Part shown: in pieces, positions 8,978 through 17,732 of the stretch
How the letters are laid out: every line of letters starts with the position of its first letter
Numbering within the stretch: position 1 is the stretch's first letter
From: a virus
Taxonomy: Duplodnaviria > Caudoviricetes
Virus record (IMG/VR): IMGVR_UViG_3300032893_000048
Location: 1 to 59,936 of that record
Reading direction: 5' to 3' (one strand)
DNA: 59,936 nucleotides
The notes under the pieces: model-generated
What the model was told of the DNA's origin: nothing
Databases searched by the model: none
Seen by the model: only the letters and a program-made list of their open reading frames with translations
Translations under genes and position numbers: made by a program

Positions 8978-9006
8978 ACCTTACCCTACCCGATGAAGCT
9001 TGTAAA
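8978..9006 (-). promoter_or_regulatory. sigma70-type promoter TTTACA-N17-TAAGGT
   Basis: Same -35 and spacer; followed by the ACCTGCTGAGGAG RBS. Confidence 0.7.
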
Positions 9007-9033
9007 CAATCAGTTTCTAAAAGCGTGACGGGG

Positions 9034-9240
9034 TTAACGGTTTTCTTCGTCCCCGCCCCGGAGGCCGGCCTTCTGCCGCTCCGCCGCCTCGAGCTCCGAC
9101 GCGAACAGCTGACCCTGCCCCTTGCACCCAAACCGCCGCTCGTACATGAACCGCCGGCGTCCCGTCGTCTTGTTGGGCTTGGACCACACCCGGACCAGCC
9201 CGTCCTCATTCACCGTCGCCACCACGATGTTCTCTTGCAC
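9034..9240 (-). CDS. Hypothetical protein
   Basis: GTG start with AAGGA RBS. Confidence 0.6.
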   Translation of the reverse strand: MQENIVVATVNEDGLVRVWSKPNKTTGRRRFMYERRFGCKGQGQLFASELEAAERQKAGLRGGDEENR

Positions 9241-9257
9241 ACCCGCTTCCTTCTTAG

Positions 9258-9542
9258 TTATCGATCAATCGTTCCGGTCCCACCACAGCGGTTGCAGATC
9301 AGGGCCACGCTCATAAAACCGCCCCGCTTCACCCGCCCCTGCCCCTGGCAGACCGGGCAGACCAGCGGAGTCTCCGTCAGCCGCAGGGCCTGCTCATATG
9401 CCTGCCGCAGCTCGTGGAACCTGGCCCCGTCGCCCCCATGATCCGGGTGGTGCTGGGAGGCCAGCTGCCGCCAGTGGCGCTTGAGGGCGTCGCTGGTGAT
9501 CGTGGCTGGCACCCCCAGCACCTCAAACGGGTCCCCCTTCAT
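9258..9542 (-). CDS. J-domain protein with DnaJ-type Zn finger
   Basis: DPFEVLGV...HHPDHGG (HPD motif) plus CPVCQGQG and CNRCGGTG. Confidence 0.9.
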   Translation of the reverse strand: MKGDPFEVLGVPATITSDALKRHWRQLASQHHPDHGGDGARFHELRQAYEQALRLTETPLVCPVCQGQGRVKRGGFMSVALICNRCGGTGTIDR

Positions 9543-9679
9543 GCAAGGTTCCACCCCAGCATCGCCGCCTTCCAGGTCATGTGAGCGATCCAACCGGTAA
9601 CAATCACGGTCAGCACCGAGGTGAGGAATATACCAATGATCCACCCGAGCACCTGGGCCCGCGCTTTAAAGTCCTTCAT
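9539..9679 (-). CDS. Small membrane protein
   Basis: Hydrophobic ORF overlapping its neighbours. Confidence 0.55.
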   Translation of the reverse strand: MKDFKARAQVLGWIIGIFLTSVLTVIVTGWIAHMTWKAAMLGWNLA

Positions 9680-9956
9680 TGAGCACCTCCACCAGCTTGT
9701 CTTGGTACCACTTGCACTTCCCGGCATCGAGGCTCGCGGGCCCCTTCTTCCCCAGCCGCCAGGTGTACTTCATCACCTGCCCCTGCAGAAAGGCGATGAA
9801 CCCCTGCCGCCCCAGCGCCGCCCGGATCGCATCGATGCACTCGATTCCGCCCTCGTCCTCATCGGACTTGTAGTGCGGCGGGTGATTAACCATCACCGAT
9901 GAGACCAACTGCCTTTCGGCCTCGTCATCTGCCCCAACACGTGGGTTCGGGATCAT
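9666..9956 (-). CDS. DUF3310 (SaV / T7 gp1.7-like) protein
   Basis: VNHPPHY...IECIDAI...GQVMKYTWR.GKK...D..K..WY. Confidence 0.9.
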   Translation of the reverse strand: MIPNPRVGADDEAERQLVSSVMVNHPPHYKSDEDEGGIECIDAIRAALGRQGFIAFLQGQVMKYTWRLGKKGPASLDAGKCKWYQDKLVEVLNEGL

Positions 9957-10639
9957 CCTTCATGCTCCTTCTCGTCACTTGGAAAGTAGTTAAACAAATC
10001 AGCCAGCGCCGGGGCCTCATCCAGCAGGGCCGCCCGGCATTGCAGGGCCACCTCCCGATGCTCGAGCTGGGTCCCGTTGCCCGTGCGCAGCTGGATGTAG
10101 TGAATCCAGCTGCGCAGCGAGCCAGCCATGTACAGCCGGGAGGGCGTCATCCCCTCCGGCAGCACCGTCCGCGCCACCTCCTTCGCGATCCCCTTCTCCA
10201 GGGCGGCCTGGTAAGCCAACCGCGTGGCTGCCGCCACCTGGGCCTGGGTCTCCAACCACCACGCGTCCAGGGCCTCATCATCCGTGGTGAGGCTGCTCTG
10301 CCGGTTCTTGAGGTCTTGCAACCGGGTGCCGCGGAACACCGGCTCATCAGCAACCACCGCGTACCGCTGGCTGAACTCCTGGAAGCTGAAGGATCGATGC
10401 CGGAGAATCTGCCTAGCGATGTCCCGGGTCGTGATGATCTCCATCACCACGTGAGCCATCTCGAACGGCGACCAGTGCTGATGGTTGACCAGGTACCGCA
10501 ACAGCTTCCCGGCCGTGCCATGGTTCAGCTGGTTGGTCGGGTTCGACGCCCGGGCGCAGTAGGCCACCAGGGCCTGGGCATCCATGACCACGTCATCGAT
10601 GATGGCGTTGGTAATTCCAATCACCTTGACCGAGCTCAT
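9953..10639 (-). CDS. thyX: Flavin-dependent thymidylate synthase
   Basis: HWSPFE and the RHRSFSFQEFSQRY signature; ATG at 10639. Confidence 0.97.
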   Translation of the reverse strand: MSSVKVIGITNAIIDDVVMDAQALVAYCARASNPTNQLNHGTAGKLLRYLVNHQHWSPFEMAHVVMEIITTRDIARQILRHRSFSFQEFSQRYAVVADEPVFRGTRLQDLKNRQSSLTTDDEALDAWWLETQAQVAAATRLAYQAALEKGIAKEVARTVLPEGMTPSRLYMAGSLRSWIHYIQLRTGNGTQLEHREVALQCRAALLDEAPALADLFNYFPSDEKEHEG

Positions 10640-10839
10640 GAGGGGTCCGCTTCCGTGCAGAGGTTGTTGATGAAGTCCAGCAGGTCCTCCTTCTTGACCG
10701 GGATGTCCGCGTCGTCGATCTCCACGGAGCGAGGTCCCACCTTCGCCAGGTCCGCTACCACCGGCCGCAGCGCCCGGGCCTGGGCCTGCGTGCCAGCGTA
10801 ACGCCGAATGCCCTTCGCGCTCACAAGATAACATCTCAT
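10636..10839 (-). CDS. Hypothetical protein
   Basis: 67-aa ORF coupled to thyX. Confidence 0.7.
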   Translation of the reverse strand: MRCYLVSAKGIRRYAGTQAQARALRPVVADLAKVGPRSVEIDDADIPVKKEDLLDFINNLCTEADPS

Positions 10840-10910
10840 CGTCGTCTCCAGATAAAATAAGGGGCCGACGAAACTCGCCAGCCCCTAGGGTGCTACATCA
10901 TGGTCTTAGA

Positions 10911-11141
10911 TCAGGCCGCCTTGATGCGCGCGGTGAGGTCACGCAGGGCCGCGGTAACCGCCTTGCGCTCCGCCGGCTCGAGGTCCTCGGACTCCTTGGC
11001 CTCGGTGCTCAGCTCCTTGATGTGCTCCAACGCCGCCTTCATGGCCGCCTTCGCAGCAGCCGCCTCGCGCTTCGCCACCAGGGTGGCAACCTTCTCGTCT
11101 TCCAACAGCTTGCTCATCGCTTCGTCTCCGACTAACTTCAC
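10911..11141 (-). CDS. Small Ala/Lys-rich helical protein
   Basis: ORF after a promoter; start at 11141 or 11117. Confidence 0.7.
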   Translation of the reverse strand: MKLVGDEAMSKLLEDEKVATLVAKREAAAAKAAMKAALEHIKELSTEAKESEDLEPAERKAVTAALRDLTARIKAA

Positions 11142-11185
11142 ATGCGGCGAGTTTTCAGCAGGTCCTCGCCTGAACTGCCGGGCCC

Positions 11186-11214
11186 AATCTATCTCGCCCG
11201 AGAAAGCTTGTAAA
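11186..11214 (-). promoter_or_regulatory. sigma70-type promoter TTTACA-N17-TAGATT
   Basis: Member of the promoter family. Confidence 0.7.
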
Positions 11215-11225
11215 TAGTGATTTTA

Positions 11226-13319
11226 CTAATATTTCGCCGCCTTCGGCTGCTGACCGTTGTTCCAGTCATCGATGTGCTTCACGACGTCACCCACCGAGGC
11301 CCGCATCCAATGGTCGATGCGCCGAACCGCATAGAACCGGCTTTGCGAGCCGTCACCCACCCGCACCGGCTTCCCGTGCACGACCTGACGCACCCCGGCC
11401 CGTGTAAGCTCGCGACCCAGGCCGTTGGCCGTGGTGCCGGTCTTCCCGATGGGGTCGTACAGCTGCAGCAGCTCCTTGGTCGTGAACAGGTCCTTCCGGA
11501 TGGGGATGTCGCCCACCTTGAGCACGTAGTCGGGGTTCATGATCAGCTGCCGGCACCAGGCCCCGAGGTCCGACTGCACGTTGGCAATCATCCGCTCCTT
11601 CGCCGCCGTCTTGAAGGCGGGCGCCGCTGGGTTGAAGTCACCCAAGTCCAGCTTGAGCAGGTGCTCAAACACGGCCTGACTTCCCCCGCTGTCCAACCAG
11701 AGGTCGTACTCGACGTAGAACTCCTCCGGCAGCGGTTGGACCTGCACCTCGTGGATGAAGAACCGCCGGTCGTCGTCCTCCAAGAAGAACGCGTCCGGGT
11801 GGTTGGAGGTGAACAGGTAATTGATGCAATCCGGCACGACGTAGCTGGGGACGTACTTGGGGTTGACGCGGAGTTCCCGCTGGGTGATGAGCTTCTTGAG
11901 CATGTCCGCGTCCTGCCGCCGATTGGACCCGGTCACATCATCACCCAGCACGAACTGCTTGCCCTCCGCCCACTCGTTGAAGCTGCTGTGCAGGTCGTTC
12001 TGGGTGATCTCGGTGAAGTTCTCCCCGTAGATGCGGCCCAGCGTGTACCCCACCAACGATTTGCCCGTGCCGTGGCGGATGCCATGCAGCACCGCCGACG
12101 TAAACATCTTCACTCCCGGGTGCTGGAGGGGGTAAGCACACCAGCGGAGGAACCACTCCTTGGCCGCCGGCTCCGCGCTGCTGAACAGGTGGTCGATCAA
12201 TTGAAGGAACAGCTTGACATCACCCTTCTTCGGTTGCACCCCCCACCCCGGCCAGATGTTGAAGAGCAGGGTCCCGTTGGCGATCAGGGTTGGCTGCCCC
12301 GGGCGGTAGGTGAGCTGACCCGCCTCGGCCCGCAGCGGCCATCTGAGCCAAGCGGCGGCGGCCGGGACCGGCTTGTACTGCACGACCCCATCCTTATAGA
12401 CCCCCTCCTGGTAGATCGACGGCGCCTCCAGGTGGTCGCGGAAGGCACCTGGCGCCGCCTTGAACCGGGTGCGTTGGTCCAAGACCAGCCCCGGGTTCTT
12501 GATGTAGATGTACTGCTCGTTCAGCTTCCACAGCACCGCGGTGAGACCCAGGGGCTCGGCCCCCTGCAGCAGGTTTGCAAACTGCTGGGTGGCATTGGGG
12601 GCGCCGACCAGGAAGTCGTCCAGGCCCGTCTTGTCGACGGTGGGCAGCGCCGGCAGGTTCACCAGGTGGCAGAAGGCGCCGCGGCGTTGAAGCTCCGCCG
12701 CCAGCTCCCGCAGGGCCGCGCTCACGCTGGGGTTTGACCTAAGATCGGAATCGAAGCAGAGGTACACGTGGCGCCGGGACCAGGTCACCACCTCCAGGGA
12801 GGGCAGCCAGGTCACCCCATTACCAACCGACCGCCAGGACCACACGCCACCGAGGCCGATGGTGGGGAACCCCTCCTTGCAGGCCTTGGCGGCCTTGAGC
12901 TCCCCCTCCGTGATGATCAGGGGTTGGTCGGGGTCATTGATCAACTGCGGCCAGGCGACGCTGGCAGGGTAATAGGCAACCGGCACGGTGCCGGGCGGCT
13001 GCACGTAGCGGGTCACCTTCTTGTCGGTGACGGCATCGAAGCTGGTGTCGGCTTCCAGGTAGCGGAGGCGGTAGTAGGGTGGACCCTCAGGCCAATCTTG
13101 GGCTGGCTTGCCGTGGGGATCGAGGTAATCGAAGCGAAGGCTGCCCAGCGGCTTGAACGCGGGGCTGAGGGCGCGGACCTTGGTTCCGGGGACCCAGGTA
13201 ATCCTGAGCCGCTTGGCGTCCTCTAATGTTAGTCCCGAACTTTGGAGCTTGGTCTCTGCGAGTTCCCGCAGCTTGCCGTCAGGTGACGACGGCCCCTTCT
13301 TGGTCGTTGTCCGAGCCAC
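11226..13319 (-). CDS. Primase-helicase (DUF3854-type TOPRIM plus SF3/NrS-1-like helicase)
   Basis: IITEGELKA, GLGGVW, CFDSD, GLDDF; Walker A GIRHGTGKS. Confidence 0.9.
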   Translation of the reverse strand: MARTTTKKGPSSPDGKLRELAETKLQSSGLTLEDAKRLRITWVPGTKVRALSPAFKPLGSLRFDYLDPHGKPAQDWPEGPPYYRLRYLEADTSFDAVTDKKVTRYVQPPGTVPVAYYPASVAWPQLINDPDQPLIITEGELKAAKACKEGFPTIGLGGVWSWRSVGNGVTWLPSLEVVTWSRRHVYLCFDSDLRSNPSVSAALRELAAELQRRGAFCHLVNLPALPTVDKTGLDDFLVGAPNATQQFANLLQGAEPLGLTAVLWKLNEQYIYIKNPGLVLDQRTRFKAAPGAFRDHLEAPSIYQEGVYKDGVVQYKPVPAAAAWLRWPLRAEAGQLTYRPGQPTLIANGTLLFNIWPGWGVQPKKGDVKLFLQLIDHLFSSAEPAAKEWFLRWCAYPLQHPGVKMFTSAVLHGIRHGTGKSLVGYTLGRIYGENFTEITQNDLHSSFNEWAEGKQFVLGDDVTGSNRRQDADMLKKLITQRELRVNPKYVPSYVVPDCINYLFTSNHPDAFFLEDDDRRFFIHEVQVQPLPEEFYVEYDLWLDSGGSQAVFEHLLKLDLGDFNPAAPAFKTAAKERMIANVQSDLGAWCRQLIMNPDYVLKVGDIPIRKDLFTTKELLQLYDPIGKTGTTANGLGRELTRAGVRQVVHGKPVRVGDGSQSRFYAVRRIDHWMRASVGDVVKHIDDWNNGQQPKAAKY

Positions 13320-13325
13320 ATCTAT

Positions 13326-13515
13326 TCCTTCTTGTCATTTTGACTTCAGCGCTTGCTTCTACCCGACCCCCAGCGAGCGGGTACCCTCATGCCAAGCAGC
13401 TGCGCAAAGGGACGTCGACCGGGCCAGACCTTGCTGAGGGGTTGCGGCGCTTTTGACAAGAAGGAGCCTGCCGGCGGAGGGCGGGTCTTCTAGGGCTGAC
13501 GCGGCCCGGTCGACG
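13326..13515 (-). ncRNA. Structured primase leader / antisense regulatory RNA (candidate)
   Basis: 13-bp closing stem 13413-13425 with 13503-13515 begins at the predicted TSS; internal segments are complementary to RBS motifs. Confidence 0.6.
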
Positions 13516-13522
13516 AGCTAGC

Positions 13523-13551
13523 ACTCTAGCCTAACTGATTCCAGCTGTAAA
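13523..13551 (-). promoter_or_regulatory. sigma70-type promoter TTTACA-N17-TAGAGT (primase leader)
   Basis: Member of the promoter family. Confidence 0.75.
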
Positions 13552-13573
13552 TATGATCATTAAGTCATTGATC

Positions 13574-14092
13574 CTAGTAGCTGCTCCCAGCCGGTTTGAT
13601 CATCTTGAGGGGTGTGGTCCCCAGCTGCTTGGCCGCCTCGACGATGTGAGGCAGGGAAAGGGTGAGGACATCCTCCATCCGATCCACGACCACGTTGAAT
13701 GAGACCAGGCCGTGGTTCTTATAGAGCAGCACACGAAGTGATTGGACAGACCGTCCAGCCAGCTTAGCGGCCTCCTCCCAGCTGGCATACCATTCGTTCC
13801 CCGACGTGCGATAAAGCACATGGATTCGCGCTAACTCTGCCCGGGTGAGGATCGTGGTACGAAATCGCTTGGTAATTGGAGCGGATAAAGTTGGGTTCGC
13901 GGCCCGCCAAGCAGCGGATCGTCGATCCCCGAAAAGGTCCTCCTCGATGCCAAATTCAGCGGCAATTGCGATGATTTGAGCGGATGCGCTTGCCCGTGAA
14001 TTGGCCGGCATCGCATTGATCAGGTCGATGAAGTGTGACTTAAGTACTTCAAATGATTGGTCTTTGGTCTTGGTTCTTGGGGCTTTGGCCAT
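13574..14092 (-). CDS. Putative DNA-binding protein
   Basis: 172-aa ORF; YASWEEAAKLAGRSVQSLR is HTH/NUMOD1-like. Confidence 0.55.
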   Translation of the reverse strand: MAKAPRTKTKDQSFEVLKSHFIDLINAMPANSRASASAQIIAIAAEFGIEEDLFGDRRSAAWRAANPTLSAPITKRFRTTILTRAELARIHVLYRTSGNEWYASWEEAAKLAGRSVQSLRVLLYKNHGLVSFNVVVDRMEDVLTLSLPHIVEAAKQLGTTPLKMIKPAGSSY

Positions 14093-14109
14093 CTCTCGTC
14101 TCCTCGCTA

Positions 14110-14340
14110 CAAAACTACGGCACTACACCAAACCCTATTCCTCTAGGATTTATACTCTGTACTTCTCTTCTATATTATATCCTTTTATCTCTATCTTTCT
14201 ATATAGATAGAGATAAAATAGAGTATATATTGCATCCTCTTGATCCTATTCAAAAATTCCTGCTACAGCACATAGCAACGGATTCTGTAGTTTCAATTTC
14301 TTCTTGTAATTCAACAAGCTGGAAATCATCTTCTGTAGTC
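14110..14340. other. AT-rich intergenic region at the strand switch; candidate replication origin or divergent control region
   Basis: Sharp GC drop; perfect 14-bp inverted repeat at 14183-14218. Confidence 0.55.
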
Positions 14341-14444
14341 AGGGCCCACCGGCCTGCCGGAGTATATACGCCTCCCACCGTGCGATGTAGAATCACGCGT
14401 AGAAAATGTGAACGGATGGCAACGGCCAGGCCCCAAGGAGTTCG

Positions 14445-14876
14445 ATGTTGAGCAAGGTCCCCTCGCCTCCCAAGGTGAACAAAGGCCGCGGCGGTCGGCC
14501 CAAAGGTGCCATCTCATCCTTCTCGATGAGGATGCGCGAAGCAGCAGCGGCCGCTGGCATGCTCCCCCATGAGTTCCTGCTCATGATCGTCCGGGGCGAA
14601 CCCATCCCCCAAAAGCGGTACGTCGAGGTCAAGGACAAAAGCGACAAGGTCATTGGCCACGAGCTCATCGAGGAGCTCGTCTACCCGGACCTCGTGTTGC
14701 GCCAAGATTCCGCCAAGGCCGCGGCTCCCTACTACGCCCCACGTCTCGCCACCCAGACCGTCAACCTGAATGGAACTCTGCGCACCGAAACAATGACGGA
14801 CGAGGAGCTCGATTCCGCCATCAAGGACATCCAGACGGCCCTCGGCATAGGCGGGGCCAATGCCAAGAATCGCTAA
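14445..14876 (+). CDS. terS: Terminase small subunit
   Basis: GGRPKG, AKAAAPYYAPRL, MTDEEL; overlaps terL. Confidence 0.85.
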   Translation: MLSKVPSPPKVNKGRGGRPKGAISSFSMRMREAAAAAGMLPHEFLLMIVRGEPIPQKRYVEVKDKSDKVIGHELIEELVYPDLVLRQDSAKAAAPYYAPRLATQTVNLNGTLRTETMTDEELDSAIKDIQTALGIGGANAKNR

Positions 14877-16302
14877 CGAGCAATTCGTCGCCAACGCTGC
14901 CCTGAAGCAGAAGCTTTATGACCTGCTCCGTGAGAAGCAGCGCCGCCAGGTTGTCAACAAGATTCCCATCATCCCCAAGCTTGAGCCGGTCCTCAGCGAA
15001 CCCGCGCGTTACAAGGTCATCTACGGGGGTCGTGGCGCCGGACGCACCTGGTCCGTGGCCCGCAAGCTTATCTCCCGGGCCTTCAAGGAAAAGCTGCTCA
15101 TCCTCTGTACCCGTGAATATCAGAACTCCATCCAGGAGTCGGTGCATCGCGTGCTGGTGGATCAGATCGAGCGCCTGGACCTGCAGAATCACTTCAAGAT
15201 CACGGATAGTAACATCTCCTCGGCCTCCGGGTCCGAGTTCATCTTCAAAGGCCTGTCAGCGAACATTCGATCCCTGAAGTCCTTTGAAGGTGTGAACATC
15301 TGCTGGATCGAGGAGGCTGAGAAGGTCAGCGACGACAGCTACAAGGCGCTCATCCCCACGATCCGCCGCCCTGGGTCCGAGATTTGGATCAATTTCAACC
15401 CGAACGAGGAGAAGGACCCCACCTACCAGCGCTTCGTCATCAACAAGGACAAGCTGCCCAGCGCCAACGTGGTCAAGATCACGTATGAGGACAATCCTTG
15501 GTTCCCGGATGAGCTGCGCATGGAGATGGAATATCTCCGGGCCATCGATTACGACGCGTACCTCCACGTCTGGGAGGGCGAGTGCCTGCAGCATGGCGAC
15601 GCCCAGGTGCTGCGTGGCCGCTTCGTGTGCCAGACCTTCGAGCCGAACCCCGATACGTGGGGCGGTCCTTACTATGGCGTGGACTGGGGCTTCGCCAAGG
15701 ACCCCACCGTCATGATTCGCTGCTGGGTGCATGAGCGCACCCTGTACGTGGAATATGAGGCCTACGGTATCGGGGTCGACACCCATAAGCTTGCCAAGCT
15801 GTTCGAACCGGTGGTCGGGGGCGTGGAGCATATCTCACGCGCCGACTCCGCCCGCCCTGAGACCATCTCCTACATGCAGCAGCACGGCTATCCGATGATG
15901 CGCGGGGCGGACAAGGGCCCAGGCAGCGTAGAGGATGGGGTCGAGCATCTGCGCGGCTACGAGAAAATCGTGATTCATCCCCGCTGCCCGCAGACCCTCC
16001 AGGAGGCGAAGCTGTGGTCTTACAAGACCGACCGCATCACGGGTGAGGTCCAGCCGGTGCTCATCGATAAGCACAACCACTGCTGGGATGCGATCCGCTA
16101 CGCCTTGGAGCCGATCATCAAGCGCAGTGGCCGTGGGCTGCTGGACTTCTACAAGCAGGAGGCGGCCAAGACCAAGGAAGCGAACGAGAAGCAACGTGGT
16201 CAACTTGGCGCCGTGCGCACGGAGCTCGCGACGGCAAGCAATGAGGCCCAGGCGGCGCGGGCCACGGGCGCGAATGCCCTGCTGGGGATGTTCAAACGAT
16301 GA
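14860..16302 (+). CDS. terL: Terminase large subunit, PBSX/SPP1 headful family
   Basis: YGGRGAGRT, REYQNSI, WIEEAE, FNP, GVDWGF, ADSARPE, NHCWDAIRY. Confidence 0.97.
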   Translation: MPRIANEQFVANAALKQKLYDLLREKQRRQVVNKIPIIPKLEPVLSEPARYKVIYGGRGAGRTWSVARKLISRAFKEKLLILCTREYQNSIQESVHRVLVDQIERLDLQNHFKITDSNISSASGSEFIFKGLSANIRSLKSFEGVNICWIEEAEKVSDDSYKALIPTIRRPGSEIWINFNPNEEKDPTYQRFVINKDKLPSANVVKITYEDNPWFPDELRMEMEYLRAIDYDAYLHVWEGECLQHGDAQVLRGRFVCQTFEPNPDTWGGPYYGVDWGFAKDPTVMIRCWVHERTLYVEYEAYGIGVDTHKLAKLFEPVVGGVEHISRADSARPETISYMQQHGYPMMRGADKGPGSVEDGVEHLRGYEKIVIHPRCPQTLQEAKLWSYKTDRITGEVQPVLIDKHNHCWDAIRYALEPIIKRSGRGLLDFYKQEAAKTKEANEKQRGQLGAVRTELATASNEAQAARATGANALLGMFKR

Positions 16303-16397
16303 TGAAGCTCTTGTTGGTTGTTGTGATCCTGATGGTCGTGGCTGCGGTGGTGGGTGGCTTGCTTGGGCTGCTGGTCTTTGGGCTGTGGCCGTCATGA
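16299..16397 (+). CDS. Small membrane peptide (32 aa, below the ORF-track cutoff)
   Basis: MMKLLLVVVILMVVAAVVGGLLGLLVFGLWPS with ATGA overlaps at both ends. Confidence 0.6.
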   Translation: MMKLLLVVVILMVVAAVVGGLLGLLVFGLWPS

Positions 16398-16645
16398 TCA
16401 ACCCGGGTTCAGCTGACTGGTTCGCGGTACGTCGGGTCATCCAGTGTGTGATGCCCAACCCGCCCGAGGTCGAGGTGGTGGAGCTCGGTGACGGTTGGTG
16501 CAGATGGTGGTGCGCCGCGATCCTCGCCGGAGGGGAACGCCAGGGTACGCCGGCTGAGGTGCGGGATCATGTGCTTCAGTACGTAGCACGTACCAAGCAT
16601 TCGATGAACAAATTTGAGCGGAGTTACATGACATGCGGGATTTGA
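16394..16645 (+). CDS. Hypothetical protein
   Basis: MINPGSADWF... coupled by an ATGA overlap. Confidence 0.55.
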   Translation: MINPGSADWFAVRRVIQCVMPNPPEVEVVELGDGWCRWWCAAILAGGERQGTPAEVRDHVLQYVARTKHSMNKFERSYMTCGI

Positions 16646-16905
16646 ATCGCACCTTGTTGCCGCCCAGCCGGATGCGTCGTGGGACGTGGCGTCACAGCCA
16701 CATCTTTCAGGCCTACATCTGCTGCCCGCGCTGCGGGGCCGTTGCTTACCTGGGACAGGACCACACGGTGTCGCCTGAGGGTTACGTGAGCCCCAGCGTG
16801 CGGTGCCCGGATGCCATCGCTTGCCAGTTCGACGAGTTCGTGATCCTCAAGGGCTGGCGCATGCAGGTGGTGCCGATGCCCTCGGACCTGAGGGCGGTCG
16901 CATGA
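16633..16905 (+). CDS. Zn-ribbon hypothetical protein
   Basis: CCPRCG...VSPSVRCP...C. Confidence 0.65.
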   Translation: MRDLNRTLLPPSRMRRGTWRHSHIFQAYICCPRCGAVAYLGQDHTVSPEGYVSPSVRCPDAIACQFDEFVILKGWRMQVVPMPSDLRAVA

Positions 16906-17174
16906 GGGCATGGCTCACCCACGCGAGCGTGGTCCTGCGAGTCTACATCCTGCGGGTGCTGGTGGCGTTCGACCAGCTCATCAATGCAGTCTTTGGTGGA
17001 TACCCGGATGAGACTATCTCGGCCCGGTGGTACCGCCTGCAGAACAAGGTGGCCTTGGCCTACTGGGGCTGCAAGCTGCTGTGGCTCATCGAGACTGACC
17101 ACTGCTACAAGGCTTACTTAAGCACGATCAATCAGAAGTATGTGCAGCCCACGGAGCGCACCGTCAATGAATGA
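16902..17174 (+). CDS. Conserved phage membrane-associated protein
   Basis: AFDQLINA..GGYPDETISAR...DHC motif. Confidence 0.7.
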   Translation: MRAWLTHASVVLRVYILRVLVAFDQLINAVFGGYPDETISARWYRLQNKVALAYWGCKLLWLIETDHCYKAYLSTINQKYVQPTERTVNE

Positions 17175-17349
17175 GCTTGAGATTGGTAAGCAGGTCATCA
17201 TCAAGGCCACGCGCAAGGTTGGCATGATCGTGGGTCGCGTGTTCAGTGCTGAGAAAGGTTATCGCTACAAGGTTCATATCGCGATTGGTAGCTCCGAGTG
17301 GCATGCCGCCGATGAAATCATGTTGTATAAGAAGGAACCGAAGTCATGA
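17167..17349 (+). CDS. Small SH3-like hypothetical protein
   Basis: LEIGKQVIIKATRKVGMIVG pattern. Confidence 0.55.
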   Translation: MNELEIGKQVIIKATRKVGMIVGRVFSAEKGYRYKVHIAIGSSEWHAADEIMLYKKEPKS

Positions 17350-17729
17350 CGTACCAAGTACCTGATTATATTGGCGCACCTGATGCTGCTGGCACCAGCC
17401 GCCGCCGTCGGTCGCATCGTGGGCAGTATGGCTACGCCCTGGGTCAGACCCCGTTCTTGATTGCCTATGAATCTACCGGTGTGGTCTTTGCCGATGGTAC
17501 CACGGTCGAGGAGCCATTGTCTGCGGCCGAGGCACTTCGTATCGACTACACGAACCCAGATTTCAGTTTTCCAATTCGCAATCCCACGGATGACAGTGAC
17601 ACAGGAACCACGATGACGGACGCACAGTTTTTTGCTGCGTTTTACTCACGTGTGCGGGCAGCTCAGAAGGCGCGAGATGATGCCGCCATCGCGGCGGATG
17701 CCACCAACCCTGCAATGCCGAGTCCCTGA
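17346..17729 (+). CDS. Hypothetical protein, possible fibre-associated chaperone
   Basis: 127-aa ORF immediately upstream of the fibre-like gene. Confidence 0.65.
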   Translation: MTYQVPDYIGAPDAAGTSRRRRSHRGQYGYALGQTPFLIAYESTGVVFADGTTVEEPLSAAEALRIDYTNPDFSFPIRNPTDDSDTGTTMTDAQFFAAFYSRVRAAQKARDDAAIAADATNPAMPSP

Positions 17730-17732
17730 TAA

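Noticed and set aside
11217-12737. Long antisense ORFs (e.g. 506 aa here; also 23118-24218, 34089-35399, 52269-53399, 56255-57619)
   Set aside because: Shadows of real genes on the opposite strand in GC-rich DNA; no RBS or motifs
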